64,000 nt of DNA, taken from assembly GCF_902713615.1 (NCBI RefSeq), contig NC_052146.1:68963238-69027237 (forward strand), written 5' to 3'. Under the pieces are notes generated by a model. That model was given only the letters and a program-made list of their open reading frames with translations. It searched no databases and was not told where the DNA came from. Of the stretch, positions 22,395 through 36,771 are shown one piece after another. Within the stretch, counting starts at the first letter, position 1. Each line of letters starts with the position of its first letter. The DNA is from Scyliorhinus canicula (lineage: Eukaryota). A program made the translations under genes and the position numbers.

Positions 22395-24785
22395 TTCATT
22401 ATTAGGCAGTCCTTTGGGATTGAGGGTGATTTGCTTCCACTCCATTTTCCATGGGTTCTGAAATGCCTGATAATTCTAAGATGGTTGATAAGTCCAATGT
22501 GTAATCCGCAGACTCTGGCACATATGGGATAGGAGGTGCTTGAATGGTTGAGTTGTTGGGAGGTGTGTGCGTACCCTGTGATGACTGAACTTGTTCCCAA
22601 ATTAATTTTCCCCCTATTGGTTTGTCACAAGCCAGGGACTCCCATGTGTCGACATGGATCTATCCTACCACTGGTTAGCTAACTGGTCACAGTTGAGGAA
22701 AAAAACTGTTTTGCTCGTAATCTGGAAGCCCACACAGCAATGTTTATTTAGAACACTCTGCTTTACTCTCGTTAGATGTGTTGATCATTCAATTTGGCTA
22801 AGACTCCTAAACCTTTGTGAGCTGGTTGCATTGAAAGCATCAAAAAATTGTGGCTTTAATCCTCAATACAGACTTGGCACATAAAGTAGGAAACAGTGGA
22901 TACTATAGAGAGCTTGCCTGTGATAGAAGAGCTTTATCAAATCCACAGTGGAGAAGTTTGGCAAAGCCATTTCCTTGCTATTGGTAAAGCTCCAGGTGTT
23001 GATGCTATACTGCCTGAACACAGGAAGCTAGAACTCCTGTAGCATCTGCATAAATGTCCCTGACTCTGCTGGAAGGAAGGAATGTGCTCCAGATGTACAT
23101 GATGCAAATATTGTGATCTTACGTAAGAACAAGGGCGACTGAAGTGATTGCAACAACTGTCAAGGCATTGCCCTGCTGTGCATCATGGGAAAAGTATTTG
23201 CCATGTTGCCCTTGTCAGGCTGCAGATCTTGGCCAAATGCATCTATCCCAAAACCCAGTGTGGTTTCTTAATTGAAACATCCATTATTAATGTGAGCAGC
23301 TGCAAAAAAATTGCCCTGAGCAAATGGGGCCACTATAAATTGCCTCATTGACCCCACCAAGAGATTCAACCACGTGAGCAGAAGCAATCTATTTAAGCTG
23401 CTGAAGGAAATTGGCTGCCTGCCGAAGTTGCTCTGTGTGATCTGCCCTTTATGGCAACCTTTTGGGTATGGTCAGCTGTGGCAGGGCCACAGCTGAACCC
23501 TTTGAGACTGCAGTGGGGTCAAACTGGGTTGTGTTCTGTCACCAACACACTTTTCTAGCATCAAAAGACTTTGGCATATTCTTTTTTGTCATACTCTTTC
23601 AGGTCATCCCCTGAGAGTTTTTATTTACATGAAATGAAAATGAAATGAAATGAAAATCGCTTATTGTCACGAGCAGGCTTCAATGAAGTTACTGTGAAAA
23701 GCCCCGAGTTGCCACATTCCGGCGCCTGTCCGGGGAGGCTGGTACGGGAATCGAACCGTGCTGCTGGCCTGCTTGGTCTGCTGTAACAGCCAGTGATTTA
23801 GCCGAGTGAGCTAAACCAGCCCCTACATACCTGAACCTGTGGAGTTCAGTCTTGCCAACATGAGATTGAAGACAAAAAGGTGAAAAGTCCTCATCAGAGT
23901 TCCTCTGTGTCAGTGATGCCACATCAGCATTCCATACAGAGGGACACCTTTGGTTTGATCTTCAGCATCAGGAAAACAAATGTCACTGTCCAAGACTTTG
24001 CCAATGCTGATGGATGGCGATATGGCAATGTGAAAGAAGATGTTGATAGCTTCACCATCTAGCTTCAAGCTGAAATCAGCACATGCATTGCAAAAACTGC
24101 AGCTATTATGTCCAAGCTGAGTAACAAAGTGTGGAACAACAGCAACCTGACTGAGAAACACCAAACTCCAAGTCTACCAAGCCTACATCGTCAGTCCAGT
24201 CTACATAGTGAGACCTGGGCAACAAATGCTAAGCAGGAGAAAAGTTGAACTGTTTGCGTCTTTGCTGTCTCAGCCATACCCTTGGCATCGCATGGCAGGA
24301 CAAGGGCACCAATTTGGTCCTGGAGCATGCTAATTTCATCAGCATATACTTGTATACACCAACGATGTCAGTGCTAGAACAGCCACATTCAACATCTGGA
24401 TGATGGTCATATACCCAAAGATTTTCTGTACAGTGAACTTGCCATTGGTTATGCCTTGTTGGACATCAATACCTCTGCTATAGGGATACCTGCAAATGAG
24501 GTATGATGGTGCTGGACATTCAGTAAACTGAGATGATTGCCTATCACTGTGGCGTCTGGAACCTAACTGGAGCAACACTGGAACAGGTGAGCAGAAGTGG
24601 AAAGCTTAACTAGTTGAGAAAAAGCCAGTGAATCGTGCACCTTCTCAGTCCACTGACTTTCTCTGCAGCAAATACATCAGAGATTGCCGTGCCAGAGCGG
24701 CACTCTTTAGCTACACCAGTCGATGTTGAACACATTTGACCACCAAGGTGTAAGCCACCATCTCACAGGATGGAATGCTGTCAAA
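22395..24785 (+). mobile_element. RTE-clade LINE relic
   Basis: Decayed RT motifs GKAPGVDAILPE, DANIVILRKNKGD and QGIALL; GVKLGCVLSP near 23515; multiple stop codons. Confidence 0.7.
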
Positions 24786-27611
24786 GTAAACCTCTTTGTG
24801 CTCATATGTCTGAAAATTTTGATCCTTTCACTGCTTAGTCTTCTAAATTTCAGAGAATAAAACTCCAGTTGGGTCACAAATTGAGCTCTGACGAAGAATC
24901 ATTCAGACTTGGAACTCTTTATTCAGACTTGGAACTCTTTATCTTTGTTCTCTCTCCACAGGTATTGTCAGACCTGCTAAAATTTTCCAACATTTTCTGT
25001 TTTTGTTTCAGATTTCAGCATCTGCAGTCATTTGCTTTTATCCAGTTTGTGTCATCTCGCCTTGATTTAACCCCTGGAATCCAGATATCATTCTGGTAAA
25101 TCTACTCTGCACTCTCTCCAAGTCTAATATATTTTTCCAAAGGTGGGTGCCCAGAGCTGTTCACAGTATTCTAGATGTGGTTTAACCAGAGCTTTGTATT
25201 GCTGAAGCTGGACTTTTGCCCTCTTGCATTCTCATCCTCTAGATAAAAAGATCAATATTCCATTCGGCCCTTTGATTGTTTTGTACCTCATGATGACATT
25301 TTAATGATCAATATAACTGGACTAAAAATTCTCTATTTAACTTTAATCATTTAGAAAGTAACCTGTTCTGACCTTTTCTATGCCCAAAGTGGATACCCTC
25401 ACATTAACCTATGTTGAAATCTATTGCCACATTTTTGGCCATTCGTTTAATCTAGCAATATTTCTGTAATTTTACCTTTCCGTTTGCATTGCTTACAATA
25501 GAATAGAAATCGGACAACAGGGTGGAATAAACCAACAAGCAAAGTTACTGCAATCACAAAAGTTAATTTAATGGTTGAGAGGTCTACGATCTGCTTAACA
25601 GAAAACAGGGGGCTAGAGCCTCCTGGTTATCCAGATCATACAGGCCAAGGTAAAGCAGAACACAAAAACTTATGATAGTCACAAAATCTGTAGAAAGCTG
25701 AGAGGAGTACAGGGGTAAAGTATAAATGAAAATTAGGAAAGCAAAGAGAAAGTACAAAAAAATATTGACAGGTAAAATCCTTTTTTTAAAAATAAATTTA
25801 GAATAGCCAATTATTTTTTTTCCAATTTAAGGGGCAATTTAGCGTGACCAATCCAGCTAACCAGCACATCTTTGGGTTGTGGGGGTGAAACCCACGCAGA
25901 CATGGGGAGAATGTGAGACATGGGGAGAATGTGGTCAGGTAAAATCCTAAGATGTTTTACCTATAAAATTTAAACGCAAGCGAATAACTAAGAATAAGGT
26001 AGAGCCTATCAGAGATATCAATGGTGGGCAGCAGGGTGGCACAGTGGTTAGCACTGCTGCCTCACGGCACCGAGGTCCCAGGTTAGATCCTGGCTCTGGG
26101 TCACTGTCCATGTGGAGTTTGCACATTCTCCCCATATTTGCGTGGGTTTTGCTCCCACAACCCAAAGATGTGCAGCTTAGGTGGGTTGACCACGCTTAAT
26201 TGAAAAATATATTAATTGGGTACTCTAAATTTTAAAAAAGATGTATACATGGTAACTGGTGGGTTGATTCTGAAGATGTGGGCTGTGTTCTGTGAGTATT
26301 TTGTCTCTTGTCTTCAGTAAGGAGAAGGCTGATTCAGACATTCTAGTTAAAGAGGAGTGTGAAATATTAAATACAATAAGCATAGTCAGAGGAAGTACTG
26401 ATGAGACAGGTATCCTTGGAGGTTAGCAAATTACCAGGACCAGGTGGATTTTTCTCAGCAACTACCTTTCAGATGGAACATTAGGGGTGGCAGAGTGGTT
26501 AGCACTGCTGCCTCACAGCGCCAGGCACCAGGGTTCGATTCAAACCTTGGGCGGCTGTCTGCGTGGAGTTTACACATTCTCGCCGTATCGGTGGGGGTTT
26601 CCTCCGGGTGCTCCATTTACTTCCGCAAAGTCCAAAGATGTGCAGGTTAGGTAAATTGCTCCTCGGAAGGGCAGCACCGTGGCGCAGTGGATAGCACTGC
26701 TGCCTCACAGCGCCGAGGTCCCAGGTTCGATCCCAGCTCTGGGTCACTGTCCGTGTGGAGTTTGCGCATTCTCCCCGTGTTTGCGTGGGTCTCGCCCCCA
26801 CAGCCCAAAGATGTGCAGCGCAGGTGGTTGGCCACACTAAATTGTCCCTTAATTGGAAAAAATGAATTGAGTACTCAAAATTTTAAAAAATAGAGATTGG
26901 TCCATGGAATGAGAGGGTTGCCCTATGATAGGCTGAGTAAATTGGATCTATATTAACAGTTTTTTTAAAATGAGGTTAAAACCTACATGGGCTGAATTTT
27001 TCAGATGGCAGGAGCTCAGCAGGGAAACTCGTCCCCACTGACTCCGAAGAGGCTTTCAGGTTGGGGCAGGCCAGATCCCAGAGGTAATCCCGTTCATGCA
27101 ATTTCACCCCTCCCCACCACAATGAGGTGAGGACCATAAAATTCAGGCCCAAAATTCTTTACATTTTTTTTTCTGGTTATGATCAGCGTAAACCTTCATT
27201 TCTTTTCATTCCTTTTTTTAAAAATAGTTTTATTCTCATCCTTTTTCACATTTTCTCTCAAATTTACACCCAACAATAATCAGTAACGAATGTAATGTCA
27301 ATCTCCATATCACTAACAACAATCCCATCCTCCCACCAATCCCCGAAACATTAGCCTGCATTTTAACAGAAACAAATAACGAGGAATCAGGAATCATCCA
27401 TAGTCACCATCAACACATACAGTTCCATTCCCCCCCAACTCTCCCAGGCCCAAAATTCTAAAGGGTCTTGACAGGGTAGGCACTGAAAGGTTGTTTCCCT
27501 TGGCTGGGAATCTAGCACAAGGGGGTACAGTCTCAGGAAAAGGGACTGATGATTTAGGGCTGCAATGAGAAATTACTTAATCCAAAGGGTTCTGAATCTT
27601 TGGGCTCTATC

Positions 27612-30362
27612 GAAGGCAGAAGCGAACAAGGGGCTGGACGAACTGTACACAGTTATAAACAACTACGAAACAGAACACCCGGAGGCCTTGTTCATCATGG
27701 CCGGGGACTTCAACAAGGCCAACCTCAGAGTGTACTGCCAAAATTCCACCAGCACATCTCCTGTCCCACCAGGGGCGACAACACTCTTGACCACTGCTAC
27801 TCAAAAATCAAGGGCGCCTACCGTTCCTTCCCCCGACCGCACTTTGGGAAATCAGACCATAAGAACATAGAACATAGAACAGTACAGCACAGAACAGGCC
27901 CTTCGGCCCTCAATGTTGTGCCGAGCCATGATCACCCTACTCAAACCCACGTATCCACCCTATACCCGTAACCCAACAACCCCCCCCCTTAACCTTACTT
28001 TTATTAGGACACTACGGGCAATTTAGCATGGCCAATCCACCTAACCCGCACATCTTTGGACTGTGGGAGGAAACCGGAGCACCCGGAGGAAACCCACGCA
28101 CACAGGGGGAGGACGTGCAGACTCCACACAGACAGTGACCCAGCCGGGAATCGAACCTGGGACCCTGGAGCTGTGAAGCATTTATGCTAACCACCATGCT
28201 ACCCTGCTCCTTCTCCCTGCATACAAGCAGAAACTCAAGCAGGAGAATCCAGCTAAGAAGGTCGTGCAGTGCTGGTCCAAGGAAACAGAATAGCTCTTAC
28301 GTGACTGCTTGGAGACATTGGACTGGTCCATATTTAAGAACTCAGCCACCAACTTAAATGAGTATTCCACCACCATCACATACTTCATCAGCAAATGTGT
28401 GGACAACTACGTGCCAAAGAAAGAAGTACGTACATTCCCCAACCGGAAACCATGGCTCAATCACGAGTTTGACTCCCTACTGAAGGACAGGTCTGACGCG
28501 TTCAAATCAAGTCTATACCTATGACCTATACAAGAAATCCAGGTACGACCTCTGCAAAGCCATCCGAGATGCCAAGAGAGAATATTAGACCAAGCTCGAG
28601 TCACAGACTAGCGTTACAGACTCTCGGCGGTTGTGGCAAGGCCTAAACAACATAACTGGCTACAAAGCGAAGCCGAGCAGTATCTCCAGCAGCAGCGCAC
28701 CCCTCCCTGATGAACTCAATGCATTCTATGCTCGGTTTGAGCAGGAAACCAACGATCCGCTGTTGAGTCCCCCAGCAGCCCGTACCACACCAATACACAC
28801 CATCACAGCTTCCAAAGTCAGATCGGCTTTCCTGAAGGTTAACGCTCGGAAGGCCACTGGTCCAAACGGGATCCCTGGTCGTGTACAAAGAGCCTGCGCA
28901 GACCAGCTGGCAGATTTATTCGCGGACATCTTTAACCTGTCCCTACTCCGCTCCGAGGTCCCCACCTGCTTCCGGAAGACCACCATTTCGGTGCCAAAGA
29001 AAAACCAGGCAGCGTGCCTCAATAACTACCGTCCGGCGGCCCTGACGTCAGTCGTAATGAAGTCCTTCGAGAGGTTGGTCATGAAGCGCATCACCTCCAT
29101 ACTCCCAGAACACCTTGATCCACTGCAATTCGCATACTGCCGCAACCAGTCCACAACAGACACCATCTCCCTGGCCCCACACTCATCCCAAGAACATCTC
29201 ACAAGAAGGACTCCTATTTATTGACTACAGCTCCGCCTTCAACACCATAATCCCAGCCAAGCTCATATCAAAGATTCAAAACCTAGGACTTGGCTCCTCA
29301 CTCTGCAACTGGATCCTCGACTTTCTAACCCACAGACCACAATCAATCAGAATAAACAACAACACCTCCTCCACAATAGTACTCAATACCGGGCCCCCGC
29401 AAGGCTGCATACTTAGCCCCCTACTCTACTCCCAGTACACACACGACTGCGTGGCAAAATTTGGTTCCAACTCCATCTACAAGTTTGCTGACGATACGAC
29501 CATAGTGGGACGGATCTTGAGTAACGACGAGACAGAATTCGGGAGGGAGATTGAGAACCTAGTGGACTGGTGCAGCGACAACAATCTCTCCCTCAATGCC
29601 AGCAAAACTAATGAGCTGGTCATTGACTTCAGAAGGTACTATACACACCCCTGTCAGTATCAACGGGGTCGAGATGGAGATAGTTAGCAGTTTCAAGTTT
29701 CTAGGGGTGCACATCTCCAAATAACCTGTTCTGGTCCACTCACGTCGACGCTACCACCATGAAAGCACAACATACTTCCTCAGGCAACTAAGGAAATTCG
29801 GCATGTCCACATTAACTCTTACCAATTTTTACAGATGCACTATAGAAAGCATCCTATCTGGCTGCATCACAGCCTGGTATGGCAACTGCTCGGCCCATGA
29901 CCGCAAGAAACCTCAGAGATTCGTGAACACAGCCCAATCCATCACACGAACCTGCCTCCCATCCATTGACTCCATCTACACCTTCCGCTGCCGGGGGAAA
30001 GCGGGCAGCATAATCAAAGACCCCTCCCACCCTGCCTACTCACACTTCCAATTTCTCCCATCGGGCAGGAGATGCAAAAGTCTGAGAACACGCATGAAAA
30101 GACTCAAAAACAGCTTCTTCGCCGCTGTTACCAGACTCCTAAACGACCCTCTTATGGACTGACCTGATTAGCACTACACTCCTGTATGCTTCACCCGTTG
30201 CCATTGTTATCCAGTTACATTGTGTTACTTGTGTTGCCCTATTATGTATTTTCTTTTATTTCCTTTTCTTTTCATATACTTAATGATCTGTTGAGCTGCT
30301 CGCAAAAAAAATACTTTTCACTCTACCTTGGTACACGTGACAATAAACAAAATTCAAATCCA
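27612..30362 (+). mobile_element. Rex1/Babar LINE, 5'-truncated and degraded, with a nested SINE (27866-28207)
   Basis: EN (AGDFN, LDHCY, GKSDH); RT ([38 protein letters not shown]); C-terminal FYRCTIESIL; 3' AATAAA and a short repeat tail. Confidence 0.88.
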
Positions 30363-31194
30363 AGAGGGTTGTGGATGCGTCCTCATTTAATACGTTTAAG
30401 GCATAGATGGACAGATCGTTAGCCTCTCAAGGAATCAAATTATATGGGGAGTGGGCAGCCAAGTGATGTTGAAGCCCAAGATCAGCCTTGATGATGTTAA
30501 ATACAAGAACAGTGAAAAGGAAACATAACTTCTTTAACTCTTGCCGCTGAACCTGTTGCTTCAAGCTCCGCTCTAGGACTTGAACGTCAAATCTGGACTG
30601 ACACTTCAGCGCAGTATGAATGGAGTACTTTTTCCCCAGCAACTGTCTTTCAGATGGAAGATTAGGGGCGGCACGGTGGTGAGCACTGCTGCCTTACAGT
30701 GCCAGACACCAGGGTTCCATTCCAACCTTGGACAGCCACGAAGACACGGGAGAACGTGTAAACTCCATACAGACTCCACAAAATCCACGTTTTGTGGAGT
30801 CTGCACGCTCTCCCCTGTCTGCGTGGGTTTCCTCCCACAAAGTCCAAAGACGTGCAGGTTAGGTAAATTGCTCCTAGGAGGGGTTATGAATTATATTATC
30901 GTCTACTCCTATCATCTATTATTCTCTTCAGTCCTGTGGATCATTATCTAGGAATGGATAAATTATTTAACTTGTCATGCTTTCCCCTAATCTAAGGTTT
31001 AGAAAATGATTCAACATCACAATCTAGATTTGTCATATATCCTGCAAAGCAGTGCGCTATGAAACAATTTGGGGTGGTCTTAGTAATGAAAAGGATATTA
31101 CTGTAAATCTCTACAAATATTCAGGCCTAATTACTGCATCTCTGATCTACTCAATCGAGTTCACTTTTTCTTGCTCTTTCAGACCTGCTCCAAC

Positions 31195-31690
31195 ATGCCA
31201 GTTCCCTGTAGTGGCTGTGACAAGAAGGCGGCAGCTCTCAGGCGCCCCAAAACAGGCCACTCCCTTTGTAAAGAGTGCTTTTTCTGGGCCTTTGAAGAGG
31301 AGGTTCATCAGACAATCCTATCTGCAAAGCTTTTCCAGCAGGGCGAGACTGTAGGAATTGGTGCTTCTGGTGGGAAAGACTCAACTGTTCTAGCTCACGT
31401 TCTAAAACTCTTAAATGAGCGGTATGATTACAGGCTAAATCTGATGCTGATCTCTGTGGATGAAGGCATCACCGGTTACCGTGATGACTCCTTGGAGACG
31501 GTAAAGAGAAACCAGCAACAGTACGATCTGCCTCTCAAGATCGTTTCCTATGAAGAGCTGTATGGTTGGACAATGGATCAGATTGTGAAGAAAGTTGGCT
31601 TGAAAAATAACTGCACTTTTTGTGGAGTCTTCAGACGGCAAGCTCTTGATCGAGGAGCCATGATGCTGAAGGTAGACAAGGTCTGCACAG
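31195..31690 (+). CDS. CTU1: Cytoplasmic tRNA 2-thiolation protein 1, first coding exon (exon starts at 31183)
   Basis: N-terminal CxxC zinc finger, PP-loop SGGKDS, VDEGI and [15 protein letters not shown]. Acceptor ctctttcAG at 31181-82; donor ACAG|GTAAC at 31690. Confidence 0.96.
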
Positions 31691-31735
31691 GTAACACACA
31701 TTGACTTCCTATTCATCTTAATAATCTTTATTAGT

Positions 31736-32560
31736 TCGGACATGTACCAAATGATGCAGGAGGTAGACGAGGCCTCGGTGGAGCAGCTGAAGGGTAAATG
31801 GGAAGAGGAGCTGGGTGAGGAGATTGAGGAGGGGACGTGGGCGGATGCTCTGGAAAGAGTAAACTCCTCCTCTTCTTGTGCGAGGCTTAGCCTCATACAG
31901 TTCAAGGTGCTACATAGGGCTCGTGTGACCAGGACGAGGATGAGTAGGTTCTTTGGGGGCAAGGACAGGTGTACTAGGTGCTCGGGGAGCCCAGCGAACC
32001 ATGCCAATATATTCTGGGCATGCCCAGCGCTGGGGGAATTTTGGAAGGGGGTACCAAGCACGGTGTCGAGGGTGGTAGGATCCAGGGTCAATCCAAGCTG
32101 GAGACTCGCAATATTTGGGATTGCAGTGGAGCCGGGAGTGCAGGAGGCGAAAGACGTCGGTGTTCTGGCCTTTGCATCCCTAGTAGCCCGGCGGAGGATT
32201 CTTCTTCAGGGGACGGATGCGAGGCCCCCAAGCGTGGAGGCCTGGATCAATGATATGGCGTGGTTTATCAAATTGGAGAGGGTGAAATTTGCCCTGAGGG
32301 GATCAGTACAGGGATTTTTCAAACGGTGGCAGCCTTTCCTAGATTTCCTGGCAGAACAGTAGGGAAAAAGGCCAGCAGCAGCAGCCCGGGGGGGTGGTCG
32401 TTTCTGTGGGTTGGGTTGAAGGGACGTGTGTATGTGTTCTTTGTTTATGACGGGCGTTAATCTATTTCTTCTTTTTTGTATTGGGGTTTTTTGTTTTTTC
32501 AGTTGTTAATATTTTCTGTTATTTTGTGAAAATCTGATTTAAAAAATGTTTTTTTAAATA
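31736..32560 (+). mobile_element. 5'-truncated L1 in CTU1 intron 2, inserted into a SINE tail
   Basis: ORF 31742..32362 is the ORF2 C-terminus; TSD AATCTTTATTAGT at 31723-31735 and 32561-32573. Confidence 0.92.
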
Positions 32561-33796
32561 AATCTTTATTAGTGTCACAAGTAGGCTTACATTACCACTG
32601 CAAATAGGTTGCTATGCAATTCCCCTAGTCGCCACACTATAGTGCCTATTCAGGTACACTGAGGGAGAACTCAATGTCCAATTCACCTAACAAATGCATT
32701 TTTCAGGACATGTGGTAGGAAACTGGAGCATCCAGAGGAAACCCACGTAGACACTGAGAATGTGCAGACTCCGCACAGACAGTGACCCAAGCCAGGAATC
32801 GAACCTGGCTCCCTGGCGTTGTGAAGCAACAGTGCTAACCACTGTGCTCCAATCCAGTGGGACTGTTCCAGCAAAGTAGAAAAATCGCAAGGACTTGGGG
32901 AATGTTTATGTTGAAAGGTGTGACATAAGTGTGGACTTTTGTGGAAAATTATGAACTGTTGAGTGGTACAGTACGATTCTCCAAATGGTCAGTTTTCCCA
33001 CTATCGTGGGGAGCCAAGAAGCAAAGGTTTAAGGGGTGAGATGAAAGGGGAGGATTAAGAAACTAATGTGGGGTTATATCCAGCTACTGCGCACAGTTCC
33101 AAGTAGCTAACACAACACAATATGTAAAGAAACTTGGGACAAGATCACCCGACAAAGGTCTCAGATTAACTGGACCAAAAAGATTACAATGGTTTATAGA
33201 CAGAGGGAGGAAATTGTAGCTTTGGTAATGCATGGAGTGTGAACCATCCTGAGATATTGAAACCTAAATATATAGAGAAGAACCTCACTATGATAGAGAT
33301 GAGATGGGCTGTCAGGGAGCAATGGTCAATCCTTTACTGGAACTGAACTGGTCCCAGGCCACCCTTACTTACAAATCCATCTGTGTAGACATTGGAGTTA
33401 ATTCATTGGGGCTCTGGGGCTGAACATGGATGGAGACATTAACGTTCACAAAGCAAGGGCAGCACGGTGGCGCAGTGAGTATCACTACTGCCTCACTAGG
33501 TCCCAGGTTCGATCCCAGCTCTGGGTCACTGTCCATGTGGAGTTTGCACATTCGTCCCGTGTTTGTGTGGGTTTTGCCCCCACAACACAAAGATGTGCAG
33601 GGTACATGGAATGACCACGCTAAATTGCCCCTTAATTGGAAAAACTTAAATTGGGTACTTTAAATTTATTTTTGAAAAACTTTCACAAAGCACAGTGGGA
33701 GCGCATTAATTCGTTAGTTGAACTTGTCCCACTTATTACATGATTCACCCCCATCCTTTGTGTAACATGTTTGAAAACACCTCCAATCTCACTTTT

Positions 33797-34315
<519 letters not shown>

Positions 34316-34322
34316 CTACCAG

Positions 34323-34852
34323 GTCACAATGCTGATGACATTGCTGAGACTGTCCTGATGAATTTTCTACGTGGTGACATTGCTCGACTCCGCCGTTGCA
34401 CCTCTATCATTACAGGCAGTGAGGGAGCCATTCCTCGCTGCAAACCACTCAAATACGCATATGAGAAAGAGATTGTGCTGTATGCATACTTCAAGAAACT
34501 GGACTACTTCTCCACAGAATGTGTGTATTCCCCTAATGCATACAGGGGCTATGCCCGTGCTTTTCTGAAGGATCTGGAGTCGATCCGGACCAGTGCCATC
34601 ATGGATGTGATTCACTCCGGTGAGAATCTGTCTATAAAGGAGGATGTGAAGATGCCCACACAGGGAACCTGCACCCGCTGTGGTTACATTTCCAGTCAGA
34701 AGCTATGTAAGGCATGTGCGCTACTCGAGGGGCTAAACCGAGGGCTGCCTAAACTTGGAATCGGCAAACACCACAAATTGCACAACCGCTTGCTGAACAA
34801 GGAACCGCTTACGGAAGATGACAAGAAGAAACTCGGAGCAATTAATTTCTGA
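34323..34852 (+). CDS. CTU1: CTU1 last coding exon
   Basis: The phase-1 join restores [20 protein letters not shown]. Also [21 protein letters not shown] and C-terminal CxxC...CKAC. Polypyrimidine tract with AG at 34321-22; total 341 aa. Confidence 0.96.
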
Positions 34853-36765
34853 ACGCACGCATTCATTTTTAAACTGCAGATTATCTGGCCATGGCCGATT
34901 TTAGATTGTTAACAAGCCAGTGACTAATGTGTTTACGACCAAGGTGGAAACTGTATCTAATCTCCATCATCAGTGCACTGGATAGAACCACTGATGGATT
35001 ACCTTTAACCACCAAAAACATCACCTTTTTATCTTGTTAATGTGTGCCATTTTGCTGAGTATTATAAAGTGAAATTTTAGTTTTTAAACACTTTGGCTGG
35101 CAGTGCTATAACACAGATTAATTTTTAGAGTGATATGGAACCCAATGATAAAATGATTACGTCATTCTATACACTCTCTACAAATTCAACTTGGAAATCA
35201 TAGAAATTCTTAAGTGTATTTGATTTTTTTTTATGTGCAATAGTTGATCAGTGCAATGTAATTTAAATTGGAATCTATATGTAAGCAAGACTTGTATACC
35301 AGATTTTTGATCATTGCAACAAAAAATCTTGTACCCAGGTTGTTAAGATGAAAATCTCCCCTTCTACTTAGAAGCGCCCACTGTGTGAAAGAAATTAGGT
35401 TGATCTCCTTTTTTATAAATTTAGAATACCCAATTTTTTTTTTCCAATTAAGGGGCAATTTAGCGTGGCCAATCCACCTACCCTGCACGTCTTTGGCTTG
35501 TGGGTGAGACCCGCGCAGACACGGGGAGAATGTGCAAACTCCACACGGACAATGACCCGGGGCCAGAATCGATACAGGGTCCTCGTCGCCGTGAGGCAGC
35601 TGTGCCAACCACTGCGCTAGCATGCCGCCCTAGGTTAATCTTAACTCGGCCCCTATTTTATGTAAACCCCGTGCACTAATATCTATTGTTTTGAATCTGA
35701 AGTAGCATAAAATGTAGCAAAGTCACTCGGAAGTAGTAAATGTTGCAGTAATGCGCTGGGGAGAAGAGGGAAGGTTTAGGATGTGCATTTTGGGCAGAGT
35801 AAGGGAGTGTCATTCTGTGCTAGCTCTGCTGTCCTTCTTGCAATCTGGTAATAAAATAATAATCCTTTATTGTCACAAGTAGGCTGACATTAACAGTGCA
35901 ATAAAGTTACTGTGAAAACCCCCAGTCGCCACATTCCACCGCCTGTTCGGGTACACAGAGAATTCAGAATTGTCAGCTGGTACGAGAATTAAATCCGCGC
36001 TGCTGGCCTTGTTCTGCATTACAAACCAGCTGTCTAGCCCCACTGAGCTAAACCAGCCCTGGTAATGTTTGCTGCAAGCACTTACGGATTTTAAAAATTG
36101 GCAAATGGGTTCCCCTTGTTCATGCGGATGGGACATCCTCTACTCACGCAATCCAAATCTTGGATTGAGCTGATTTGGAGAATGGGTGAAGAAGAGGATA
36201 AATCAAAATGAATGTCAGCCCAGGCCATTTTGACACTTGGTTGAGTCATAGTCCAGGGGCAGCATGACTGGCTCGCATCCCAGCTACACGGTGGATGGAA
36301 CTTTAAATATGGAGTCAAAGACTTAGTAAGAACTGAGTATTTTCGCCTTTGCAGACACTGTGTTCATTCTGGAACTCCTCGTAATCAATACTAGCTCATT
36401 GCAAAATTCACAGTTGCTGCAATAGAGGTGTTTGTCTTCTGGTTGAAACTAGGGCAGATTGGCAAATTGGGGTTATGACCACAATCCTATTGAGCTGTTT
36501 ATGAAAAAGTATTTTACCAAATTTTAAATTGTTTTGTATTTCCTTTGAAATAACTGATTTTAGCCTTGATTTCCAGGAGAGTGGGTGGAGGGGATTCCAG
36601 TGATTATTGGAGGAATAATATACAATGATGTCTGCACTAAACTGTCCTGACTATGCAGCCCAGCGTGACTGTCAATTAAACATCTGTGTTTACCTCAGGT
36701 GCAGATGGTACAAAATCGATCCATTTAGTTTTATATTTATTGTCATCAATTTCTAGATTTATTTT

Positions 36766-36771
36766 AATAAA
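36766..36771 (+). terminator. Candidate CTU1 polyadenylation signal
   Basis: AATAAA followed by T/GT-rich sequence at the end of a largely unique AT-rich 3' region. An alternative AATAAA at 35850 abuts a SINE tail. Confidence 0.4.

Noticed and set aside
31171-31194. N-terminal extension of CTU1 (MLFQTCSN) in the ORF track
   Set aside because: It starts at TTG in the intronic polypyrimidine tract, upstream of the acceptor.
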